Positions 1-6,073 of a stretch of 32,000 bases of DNA are shown one piece after another (within the stretch, counting starts at the first letter, position 1; every line of letters starts with the position of its first letter). The stretch lies in the IMG/VR virus record IMGVR_UViG_3300014059_000004. One strand, written 5' to 3'. The notes under the pieces were generated by a model. The model saw only the letters and a program-made list of their open reading frames with translations, had not been told where the DNA came from and did no database searches. Source of the DNA: a virus. The position numbers were made by a program, and so were the translations under genes.

Positions 1-2
1 CT

Positions 3-335
3 ATGACTCTTAAAGATCTAAGACGTCTTATAAGAGAAACGTGGGGTGCGGCTGCATCTGGTGCTGACCCGAAAGATGCTGAGGGTTTTTATCCTTACGA
101 GATCGAGCGTGGTGCTGACATACACTCGTTCTGGTACAGATCGCCCGCACGAAGCATGGGTTCTGATGGCGACCCAGGACGCCCGGCAGACGCTGCTGAG
201 TACATCGGCATGAAACCTCCAGCACCAGAAGCCACTGGTGAAGAAGGTGGCGAGGCTGAGACTCCTGAAGGCGGCGAATCGCCGCCAGCTGAAACAACAA
301 CGAGCGAACCGGCTGATGACGAAAATTTGGCTTGA
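3..335 (+). CDS. hypothetical protein with N-terminal MTLKDLRRLIRE leader and acidic Pro/Glu/Thr-rich tail
   Basis: ATG at 3, 110-aa ORF ending TGA 333-335; same strand and spacing as neighbours; leader motif shared with ORFs at 3387, 19584, 20107. Confidence 0.5.
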   Translation: MTLKDLRRLIRETWGAAASGADPKDAEGFYPYEIERGADIHSFWYRSPARSMGSDGDPGRPADAAEYIGMKPPAPEATGEEGGEAETPEGGESPPAETTTSEPADDENLA

Positions 336-660
336 CGATCAGATCAACGATCCACACACTCCTGACCGTTGGGTACCCATGGGCTACGTGGGTGCTGCAA
401 CTGCCCGTGAGGCATGCCGCCTCCTCTCGCGCGGGGATGTTACCCACGTGGATTTTGATCACGATCTTGGTGATCGAACGTTGGGTTCTGGTTACACGGT
501 CGCCCGCTTCATCGAAAAGGGTGCTGCTTTGGGAACAGTGAAGCCCCTGACTTGGACGATCCATTCTGCAAACCCTGTCGGCCGCAGCAACATCGCAGCT
601 GCCATGGCTTCTGCAGAGAGGTTTTGGAGCAGATTAACACGTGGGCCTCAAGAAAAATAA
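316..660 (+). CDS. cyclic-phosphate-processing receiver-like (cREC / REC-fold) domain protein
   Basis: ATG 316 inside ORF 238..660, 20-nt overlap with upstream gene; motifs KIWLDD, DFDHDLG, GSGYTVARFIE, IHSANPVGR match my recollection of the phage cREC receiver family. Confidence 0.55.
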   Translation: MTKIWLDDQINDPHTPDRWVPMGYVGAATAREACRLLSRGDVTHVDFDHDLGDRTLGSGYTVARFIEKGAALGTVKPLTWTIHSANPVGRSNIAAAMASAERFWSRLTRGPQEK

Positions 661-1060
661 GAAAAAAGCGACCAAGGATAACCATGGACGACGCCAGAAA
701 GGTTCTTCTAGGGCCATCCTAGCGCTTCAAATTGCCGAATCTGACGCAACATTTTCTTTGGTGGCTGCAGCAGATGGATCCACGTGCTACGTGGGCAAGT
801 GCATTCATTGTGGAACAAAGCTCCGTGTTGAGACAGACGGTTCGACTGCAGCGACGATCGAGCACATCGTCCCGCTGTGCGGCGGTGGCGACGCCGTTGA
901 CTTGCTCAACGTTGCTCTAGCATGTTCAGGTTGCAACTCAGAGAAAGGCATCCGACACGATAGTAAGTCTGGCCGCGGAGGTCGATCAGATGATGTGATA
1001 AAAGCCTTGCTAGACAAGAGAAGATCTAGGTACGTCTGCAAAGAAAGAGAAACCACATGA
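641..1060 (+). CDS. HNH endonuclease
   Basis: GTG 641 with GGAG 12 nt upstream; CIHCG zinc pair then IEHIVPLCGGGDAVDLLNVALACSGCNSEKG (H-N-N/H core). Confidence 0.7.
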   Translation: MGLKKNKKKATKDNHGRRQKGSSRAILALQIAESDATFSLVAAADGSTCYVGKCIHCGTKLRVETDGSTAATIEHIVPLCGGGDAVDLLNVALACSGCNSEKGIRHDSKSGRGGRSDDVIKALLDKRRSRYVCKERETT

Positions 1061-1212
1061 ATGATAACATTAAGGCTGCTTGGGATCGCATGGTGACCGT
1101 TGGAAATCTTGTCGTCCGCGTTGCGGGGAACAAGAAGGTTCTTGGGCTATTTCGCCTGGCAGGAACGTTGTTGGCTGTATCCAAGGCAGTTGACGCAATC
1201 AGCAAAGACTGA
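1057..1212 (+). CDS. small hypothetical protein (51 aa)
   Basis: Hand-translated MNDNIKAAWDRMVTVGNLVVRVAGNKKVLGLFRLAGTLLAVSKAVDAISKD; ATGA start/stop overlap with the HNH gene; below the ORF-track size cutoff. Confidence 0.3.
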   Translation: MNDNIKAAWDRMVTVGNLVVRVAGNKKVLGLFRLAGTLLAVSKAVDAISKD

Positions 1213-1236
1213 CGTTCATACTTATCTTTCGGCACC

Positions 1237-1590
1237 ATGTCGAAGGATAGCAACACCGGTTACGAAGTTGACGAGGGTGATCTCGAGAGCGGGATCCCAA
1301 CGCCGACGATCTCAAGCACCTCGATTGCGTGGTCAGACGCTGCGCAAGAGCAGAGCAGGAAGTTGCTGAAGTTGGCTGTGCGGCTCCGTGGATCATCCGA
1401 TCTCGGGGCCGCGAGTCGTTCTGAGGAAGCTTACAAGGGTGCTAAAGAGCTCGTTGACATCGCTTGCATCTTGAGCTGCTGCCCAAGCCTAGAACCTGAG
1501 CTCGGAACTCTCATTCGAACCAACTGCATACAACGAATAATCAACCTTGCTGAAATTTGGCGTGACGCGTTCGTTTCATGCGATATTTAA
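1237..1590 (+). CDS. hypothetical protein
   Basis: 117-aa ORF, ATG 1237, stop TAA 4 nt before the next start. Confidence 0.5.
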   Translation: MSKDSNTGYEVDEGDLESGIPTPTISSTSIAWSDAAQEQSRKLLKLAVRLRGSSDLGAASRSEEAYKGAKELVDIACILSCCPSLEPELGTLIRTNCIQRIINLAEIWRDAFVSCDI

Positions 1591-1594
1591 GGTG

Positions 1595-2605
1595 ATGCCT
1601 CCAGCAAAAAAGCCAGCTGCTTCAAAAGCAAAGAGTTCTCCCAAAGTTTCAAACGTTGCAGATCAGATTGTCGCATTTGTTGAGAAGCACATCAACTTCG
1701 ATGACGTGGCTTGGTTTGTGAAGCGCTACAACGAACTTAGAAAAATTAGTAGCAGATTCAAAGCACTTAGATTTGCAATGGAATTGCAAAAGAATCACGT
1801 GCCGTCGCAGATCATCAACTTGGTGCTGCCAAATGTTGGGTGGGGTGTTTTTGACGATGACGTAAAGATGCCCACGCTTGATTCGATCAAATTTCGCGCA
1901 AAGAAGCTGCCGAGCAAAGACTTGGGATTTTTGTCGGGTGATGCACCATTCGAGCGCTTCCAGAAGAACCTCAGTGATATTCGTTCTAAATTTGAAAAGT
2001 TCAGCAAGAAATTGGACAAATTGCCTGATGGCCCTTTTGACAAGATAGCATTTGCTGATGAAAGACCCGGTCTAGACGGCATAGAACCCGACAACAAGAC
2101 TGAACGTCTTGTCATGCGCCAGTTGATAAATCATTTCAGCAACGCAAAAGGAATAACGCCAGGAACAGCAGCGATGCTTCAAGGAATGCTGAAGAACGGT
2201 GAGTACAAAGACTTCCTATCAGAACCAAAGAACAAGGTTGTTTTTCGTGGCATGAAAGTTCCAAAGGCTTGGATTGCAAAAGCAATCGGAGAGAAAGCCA
2301 TGTACTCAATCCCTATGCACAAGAGAGCTACGTTTGAAAAGAAGTTCACTTTCACGCCTAAAAGACCCGTTGCTTCCTGGACATCTTCAATTGCTACGGC
2401 AAGAAAATTCAGCCAAGGAATGCATGATTACAGCGTCGTTCTGCATGCTGCTGTTGACGAAAATCCAAACAAGCTCATTGATTGCAAGCGTGGTCTCTAC
2501 GGTTCATCGATAGCAACCGGTTACGAGGATGAAAATGAAGTGATCGGAATCGGTCAGATAAAGGTTTTCAAGCTTGAAATTGTCTTAGTCCCTCTTTCAG
2601 ATTAA
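1595..2605 (+). CDS. hypothetical protein, candidate R-S-ExE ADP-ribosyltransferase (paralog 1)
   Basis: ATG 1595 preceded by AAGGTG; C-terminal ~190 aa align with the next gene; VFRGM ... VASWTSS ... EDENEVIGIG ordered like the R / STS / ExE triad of C3/Alt-type ARTs. Confidence 0.6.
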   Translation: MPPAKKPAASKAKSSPKVSNVADQIVAFVEKHINFDDVAWFVKRYNELRKISSRFKALRFAMELQKNHVPSQIINLVLPNVGWGVFDDDVKMPTLDSIKFRAKKLPSKDLGFLSGDAPFERFQKNLSDIRSKFEKFSKKLDKLPDGPFDKIAFADERPGLDGIEPDNKTERLVMRQLINHFSNAKGITPGTAAMLQGMLKNGEYKDFLSEPKNKVVFRGMKVPKAWIAKAIGEKAMYSIPMHKRATFEKKFTFTPKRPVASWTSSIATARKFSQGMHDYSVVLHAAVDENPNKLIDCKRGLYGSSIATGYEDENEVIGIGQIKVFKLEIVLVPLSD

Positions 2606-2618
2606 CGTTGAAGAAGTT

Positions 2619-3344
2619 ATGCCTATGCCCTCTACAAATAGCAAATCTAACAGTGGACCCCTAGACAGCATTGCTTTTTCTGATCAGCGGCCCAAGTATG
2701 ACAAGCGTAAGGGCATTGAACCGAACAATTCGCTAGAGGATAAGCTATTTAGCATGATCAAGGGTCATTTTGCCGGGGGTGCTTATGAACCGATCACTAC
2801 AAGTGTTGCAGCAATGTTTCAAAAATTCTTGGAAAATGGTCAGTACGATGACATCTTTCATGAACCCTCAGAAGAAACAGCCCACCGTGGCATGTGCGTC
2901 CCAGAGGCTTGGTTGACAAAAGCCATTGGAAAGATCGATGATGATGAAGGTGTTGTTAAGAAGAAGTTCACGTTCGCTCCACGGAAGAGCGTATCATCGT
3001 GGTCAATAGATGAACTTGTTGCTGAAGAATTTTCTGAGTACGATGTTGAGAATAATTCGCTTGCTGAAAAAAACTACAACATCATCATGAAAGCAAGAGT
3101 CTCTGACAATAAGAACAAATTCATCGATTGTAATAGGGGCTTGTATGATCTAGAAGACCCAGATACTCTAGAAGATTTCATGAAATATAACATCGAAAGT
3201 GAAACAATAGCGCTCGGGCCGATCAAAGTATACGAACTTCAGTACAAGCTAGCCCACGATCCTACGCACGGTGCAACAGTTCCAAAAAGCACGAAGAAAA
3301 AATCTTCAAAGAAGAAAACATCGCCTCTAAAGTCGAAGAAGTGA
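2619..3344 (+). CDS. hypothetical protein, candidate R-S-ExE ADP-ribosyltransferase (paralog 2)
   Basis: ATG 2619; shares IAF(A/S)D.RP, GIEP.N, NG.Y.D, KKKFTF.P with 1595..2605; AHRGM ... VSSWS ... IESETIALG; Lys/Ser-rich tail. Confidence 0.6.
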   Translation: MPMPSTNSKSNSGPLDSIAFSDQRPKYDKRKGIEPNNSLEDKLFSMIKGHFAGGAYEPITTSVAAMFQKFLENGQYDDIFHEPSEETAHRGMCVPEAWLTKAIGKIDDDEGVVKKKFTFAPRKSVSSWSIDELVAEEFSEYDVENNSLAEKNYNIIMKARVSDNKNKFIDCNRGLYDLEDPDTLEDFMKYNIESETIALGPIKVYELQYKLAHDPTHGATVPKSTKKKSSKKKTSPLKSKK

Positions 3345-3355
3345 TGAAGTTGCTC

Positions 3356-3383
3356 ATGAGTTCGTCAATGAACTCATATTTAT
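3356..3383 (+). terminator. possible intrinsic terminator hairpin
   Basis: 8-bp stem ATGAGTTC/GAACTCAT (3356-3363 / 3370-3377), 6-nt loop, followed by ATTTAT; the T tract is weak. Confidence 0.3.
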
Positions 3384-3386
3384 GAA

Positions 3387-3791
3387 GTGATCATCAACCC
3401 ACCGCCCAAGAAGCTCACAATCAGAGAGTGGTTGGTGGGCTGCGTTCTGGCAAACCCTTCGATCACTGATGGCAGCGACGATGAGATTTCTGCTGCACGA
3501 CGAGCGCTATCGATAGCTGACGCTGCCATCGCGTTGCTCGAGGCATCACCATCGGGAAGCTTCGATGCTTCAGAAACGATCAAGTCGCCGCCACGAGTGA
3601 TCACTGCTGAGTATCCGGCGTTTGTCAACGATCAATTTCCAGAAGAAGAAGCACCTACGGCACCTGAGCACCCAGCGGGACGAGCGAGCATGAGACGGAA
3701 TTCCGCACCGGTGATAGTTGTCGATGATGCTATCGATTCAGTGAAAAGTTCGCGCTACTACATCACAGATATCAAGCCTGAAAAATTGTAG
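3387..3791 (+). CDS. hypothetical protein with N-terminal KKLTIRE leader
   Basis: 134-aa ORF, GTG start 3387, stop TAG 3789-3791; Ala/Ser/Pro/Glu-rich. Confidence 0.45.
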   Translation: MIINPPPKKLTIREWLVGCVLANPSITDGSDDEISAARRALSIADAAIALLEASPSGSFDASETIKSPPRVITAEYPAFVNDQFPEEEAPTAPEHPAGRASMRRNSAPVIVVDDAIDSVKSSRYYITDIKPEKL

Positions 3792-3862
3792 CAAAAAGTG
3801 AAGAGGCGGTGTACAGCCGCTGCCCAGAAGGTTATACTTACAACGTACCGCAACGGCGGTGC

Positions 3863-3936
3863 AGAGTACGATGTGGCGGGTAGCCCGGGAATCCCTGATA
3901 AGGAATCTGCGCAGAGTTCGAGTCTCTGGTACTCTA
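3863..3936 (+). pseudogene. degenerate tRNA-like cloverleaf (Ile GAT-type loop CTGATAA)
   Basis: 7-bp acceptor AGAGTAC/GTACTCT, T arm CAGAG-TTCGAGT-CTCTG, anticodon arm AATCC-CTGATAA-GGAAT with an A:A mismatch, but no convincing D stem; its 3' end plus trailer recurs at 6255-6278. Confidence 0.35.
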
Positions 3937-3970
3937 CGAAAGAAAAAAGAGTGTACATCTCGAGACGGGA

Positions 3971-3979
3971 TGGTATACT
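3971..3979 (+). promoter_or_regulatory. extended -10-like box TGGTATACT
   Basis: Member of the recurrent YGGTATAMT motif; lies in a 450-nt noncoding stretch. Confidence 0.35.
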
Positions 3980-4037
3980 TAAGCAAGAGTAAGTCATGTT
4001 CATCACGATAGCAAACAAGCAGAACGCTCAAAAGCAA

Positions 4038-4046
4038 TGGTATAAT
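4038..4046 (+). promoter_or_regulatory. extended -10 box TGGTATAAT (perfect TGn + TATAAT)
   Basis: Best match to a bacterial extended -10 in the window; no ORF immediately downstream, a structured region follows. Confidence 0.45.
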
Positions 4047-4049
4047 GCC

Positions 4050-4223
4050 GTTGCTGATAAAAATCGTTTCTGACGGGTGCTCACTGCCCCGTCCGCTTCC
4101 GGGGTAGAGAATGGTGATGAGAAGAAGCCAAATCTAGACCGACAGAAGTGCTGACGAAGTAGTGAGCTCCCCAAGCGGTATTAGTCCCGTAGGGCTCGGG
4201 GCCTGACTGTAAGTAAATTTACA
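4050..4223 (+). ncRNA. structured untranslated leader or small RNA upstream of the HNH gene
   Basis: Nested helices seen by eye: GACGGG/CCCGTC (about 4071-4098) and GAGC(T)CCC/GGGCTC (about 4164-4199); no ORF; shares the strings CCGGGG(T)AGA and GAT(G)AGAAGAAG..AAATC with 18698-18894. Confidence 0.3.
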
Positions 4224-4244
4224 GTGAACATAATATGTATTTGC

Positions 4245-4646
4245 ATGAAAGAAAATCGTTCATGCAAGGTGTGTCAGACTGAATTTGAAATTAGTAAGAA
4301 ACAACAAATTAAACGTGAAGTATGTAGCGCACGCTGTGCGCGAAAACTCCAATGGAAAGGAACTCATAACCCTCATTCAATTCTAGATTGTTCATCACGA
4401 ACAGTAACAAAAATTCTGAAGCGCATTGGGATGATGAAATGTTCAATGTGTGGATGGGATCAAGGTACGTGTGATGTACATCACATCAATGGCAAAAAAA
4501 TTGAAAATGCAAATTGTCATTCAAATCTAGCACTTGTGTGTCCAAATTGTCATCGATTGGCACATGAGAAGAAAATTTCCCCTAATGAACTAATTACATT
4601 TGAACAATTTGTTGGTGATAAATGGAAAGAAGGTTATTACGGGTAA
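4245..4646 (+). CDS. HNH homing endonuclease
   Basis: ATG 4245 inside ORF 4224..4646; N-terminal CKVC...CSARC zinc ribbon, CDVHHINGKK...NLALVCPNCHRLAH HNH core; AT-rich relative to flanks; embedded in a tRNA island. Confidence 0.75.
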   Translation: MKENRSCKVCQTEFEISKKQQIKREVCSARCARKLQWKGTHNPHSILDCSSRTVTKILKRIGMMKCSMCGWDQGTCDVHHINGKKIENANCHSNLALVCPNCHRLAHEKKISPNELITFEQFVGDKWKEGYYG

Positions 4647-4654
4647 TATGTTTC

Positions 4655-4744
4655 GGAGTAGTTGAGCAATGGCGTGCTCGTCGGTCTGTAAATCCGATCC
4701 CTTTGCGGTGAACACTGTGGGTTCGAATCCCACCTACTCCACCA
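4655..4744 (+). tRNA. tRNA-Tyr: tRNA-Tyr (GTA), long variable arm, CCA encoded
   Basis: Acceptor GGAGTAG/CTACTCC, D arm GAGC-AATGGCGT-GCTC, anticodon arm TCGGT-CTGTAAA-TCCGA, 19-nt variable arm, T arm GTGGG-TTCGAAT-CCCAC, A-CCA. Confidence 0.85.
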
Positions 4745-4794
4745 AGGAAAAGTTCAACTCTTCCTGTAGTTCATTGAAAATCTACGTTTAACAT

Positions 4795-4868
4795 CCTCGT
4801 GTAGCTTAATGCAAAGCGCTGGCAGATTCTGCCTGAAGATGTTGGGTCAAAACCAACTGCGGGGGCCA
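4795..4868 (+). tRNA. atypical tRNA-like gene, anticodon loop AGATTCT (G33; formal anticodon ATT)
   Basis: Acceptor CCTCGTG/TGCGGGG (3 G:U), D arm GCTT-AATGCA-AAGC, arm CTGGC-AGATTCT-GCCTG (T:T mismatch), T arm GTTGG-GTCAAAA-CCAAC (no TTC), G-CCA; correct overall length (71+3). Confidence 0.4.
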
Positions 4869-4884
4869 TTCCGGAGTCGTTCAA

Positions 4885-4893
4885 CGGTATATG
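4885..4893 (+). promoter_or_regulatory. -10-like box CGGTATATG, 8 nt upstream of ATG 4902
   Basis: YGGTATAMT family member; no Shine-Dalgarno between the box and the ATG. Confidence 0.35.
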
Positions 4894-4901
4894 ATAAGTT
4901 C

Positions 4902-5546
4902 ATGAACTCCATAAAACATGATTGTCCTTTTTGTGAAAAACAATTCTCCAAATATGGAATTAAATCACACATATGGAGAGTTCACGGATCAGGAATTAAT
5001 CATAAACCAACACAAGGAAAACAATCTTGGTGTAAAGGTCTGACCAAAACGTCTGATGTTAGAGTTCGACAATTTGGTCAGACATATAGCAGAAATATTC
5101 TTGAAGGAAAGACACAAATTTGGAGCACTGGAAAAACAAAATTTACAGATGATCGTCTAAAACGAATTTCAGAAAAGAATACTCAAACAGTCAATCAAAA
5201 ATTGAATGAAGGAACGTGGCACAATTCCTTTGCAAAGTCTAGAAAACAATTCTATAAAAATGAAATGTTTGATGGCATGTGGGAAGTTAAATTTGCCATA
5301 TGGCTTGATTCACAATCGATTCCCTGGATTAGAAATAAGAAATGCTTTTCATACTTTTTTGATCATGAAAGGAAATATATTCCTGATTTTTATCTTCCTA
5401 ACATTCAATGTTACGTTGAAATCAAGGGTTGGAAGACGAAAAAAGATGAGGCAAAATGGAGAGATTTTCCAGAAAATCTACTCATCTTGTCAGGAAGTGA
5501 TTTGATGTTGCTTGGTCTAGACATCAAAGCTAAAGAATGGAAATAA
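4902..5546 (+). CDS. putative PD-(D/E)xK-type homing endonuclease with N-terminal C2H2 finger
   Basis: ATG 4902 inside ORF 4809..5546 (the upstream part of that ORF is the tRNA-like gene); CPFC...HIWRVH finger; C-terminal GMWEVKFAIWLD...YIPDFYL...YVEIKGW resembles TnsA/Vsr-like PD-ExK cores; paralog on the - strand at 21473..22156; AT-rich. Confidence 0.6.
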   Translation: MNSIKHDCPFCEKQFSKYGIKSHIWRVHGSGINHKPTQGKQSWCKGLTKTSDVRVRQFGQTYSRNILEGKTQIWSTGKTKFTDDRLKRISEKNTQTVNQKLNEGTWHNSFAKSRKQFYKNEMFDGMWEVKFAIWLDSQSIPWIRNKKCFSYFFDHERKYIPDFYLPNIQCYVEIKGWKTKKDEAKWRDFPENLLILSGSDLMLLGLDIKAKEWK

Positions 5547-5549
5547 CAT

Positions 5550-5669
5550 TGTCCGGTAGCCAAGTGGTAAGGCAGGTGGCTGTGGAAGATGACATATCAA
5601 GTGTCTTGGTTCAAATCAAAATCTTCAAAAATAACCACCCTATCCTAGGTTCGAATCCTAGCTGGACAG
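5550..5669 (+). tRNA. tRNA gene with a 48-nt insertion in the anticodon loop (loop begins CTGTGGA = His GTG; Gln-like U1:A72 body)
   Basis: Acceptor TGTCCGG/CTGGACA, D arm GCC-AAGTGGTAA-GGC, perfect anticodon stem GGTGG (5575-5579) / CCACC (5635-5639) enclosing 55 nt, variable CTATC, T arm CTAGG-TTCGAAT-CCTAG; insert folds as GAAGAT/ATCTTC plus two inner hairpins. Confidence 0.5.
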
Positions 5670-5675
5670 CTTCAT

Positions 5676-5753
5676 CGATCTGTAACTCAGCGGAATCAGA
5701 GTAGCTCCCTCTTAAGGAGAACGTCGTGGGTTCGAATCCCACCAGATCGACCA
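5676..5753 (+). tRNA. tRNA-Lys: tRNA-Lys (CTT), CCA encoded
   Basis: Acceptor CGATCTG/CAGATCG, D arm ACTC-AGCGGAATCA-GAGT, arm GCTCC-CTCTTAA-GGAGA, T arm GTGGG-TTCGAAT-CCCAC, A-CCA. Confidence 0.85.
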
Positions 5754-5758
5754 AATTT

Positions 5759-5850
5759 CGGGTGGTAGCCAAGCGGTTAAGGCAGCGGGTTTATATTCCG
5801 TTTAGCGTCTGATAAGCGCAAGACCGGGGGTTCGAATCCCTCTCACCCGA
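5759..5850 (+). tRNA. tRNA-Ile (GAT)-like gene with a 19-nt hairpin inserted between position 26 and the anticodon stem
   Basis: Acceptor CGGGTGG/TCACCCG, D arm GCC-AAGCGGTTAA-GGC, extra hairpin GCGGG-TTTATAT-TCCGT (5785-5801), then AGCGT-CTGATAA-GCGCA (5804-5820) at canonical distance (variable AGACC) from T arm GGGGG-TTCGAAT-CCCTC. Confidence 0.5.
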
Positions 5851-5852
5851 CT

Positions 5853-5913
5853 AGTGATCAGTAACTACTATATGTTCACGGTCTTTGAAACCGTGAGAAT
5901 GTGAAAAATCACT
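5853..5913 (+). ncRNA. conserved 61-nt inter-tRNA spacer element, copy 1
   Basis: Outer stem AGTGAT/ATCACT, 5' arm CAGTAACTAC, central hairpin TCACGGT-CTTTGAA-ACCGTGA, 3' arm GTGAAAA; same architecture with compensatory outer-stem change at 25275-25334. Confidence 0.4.
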
Positions 5914-5919
5914 GTGCAC

Positions 5920-5991
5920 GGGTCCGTAGCTAAGCGGTAAAGCTGGCGCCTTTTAAGCGCAAGAGCGTGAGTTCGACTCTCACCGGACCCA
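5920..5991 (+). tRNA. tRNA-Lys: tRNA-Lys (TTT)
   Basis: Acceptor GGGTCCG/CGGACCC, arm GGCGC-CTTTTAA-GCGCA, variable AGAGC, T arm GTGAG-TTCGACT-CTCAC, discriminator A. Confidence 0.85.
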
Positions 5992-5993
5992 CT

Positions 5994-6067
5994 AGCGGGA
6001 TAGAGCAGTTAGGTAGCTTGCTTGGCTCATAACCAAGAGGTCGTGTGTTCAAATCACACTCCCGCGT
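5994..6067 (+). tRNA. tRNA-Met: tRNA-Met or Ile2 (CAT), 1:72 mismatch
   Basis: Acceptor AGCGGGA/TCCCGCG (A1:G72 unpaired), D arm GAGC-AGTTAGGTA-GCTT, arm CTTGG-CTCATAA-CCAAG, T arm GTGTG-TTCAAAT-CACAC. Confidence 0.7.
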
Positions 6068-6073
6068 CTATAT

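Noticed and set aside
28-564. Long - strand ORFs opposite the + strand genes (28..564, 7972..8478, 8379..9080, 14797..15426, 15439..16137, 29403..29951 and others)
   Set aside because: Each lies fully antisense to a + strand gene with recognisable motifs or coupling. They have no start context or family resemblance, and their compositions are low-complexity (Arg/Ser/Leu-rich), typical of shadow frames.
3861-4223. Group I intron carrying the HNH ORF (GGTGCAGAG at 3859 resembles part of the T4 td intron core)
   Set aside because: There is no split exon on either side: tRNA-Tyr downstream is complete and the upstream tRNA-like element is self-contained. I also could not identify P/Q/R/S core elements. 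The similarity is only 9 nt.
5550-5669. tmRNA or a nested mini-tRNA inside the 48-nt insert (its inner hairpins include a GTTCAAAT loop)
   Set aside because: The insert is far too short for tmRNA and has no tag reading frame. The mini-cloverleaf reading needs 3-4-bp stems only. I report it as an insertion of unknown nature instead.
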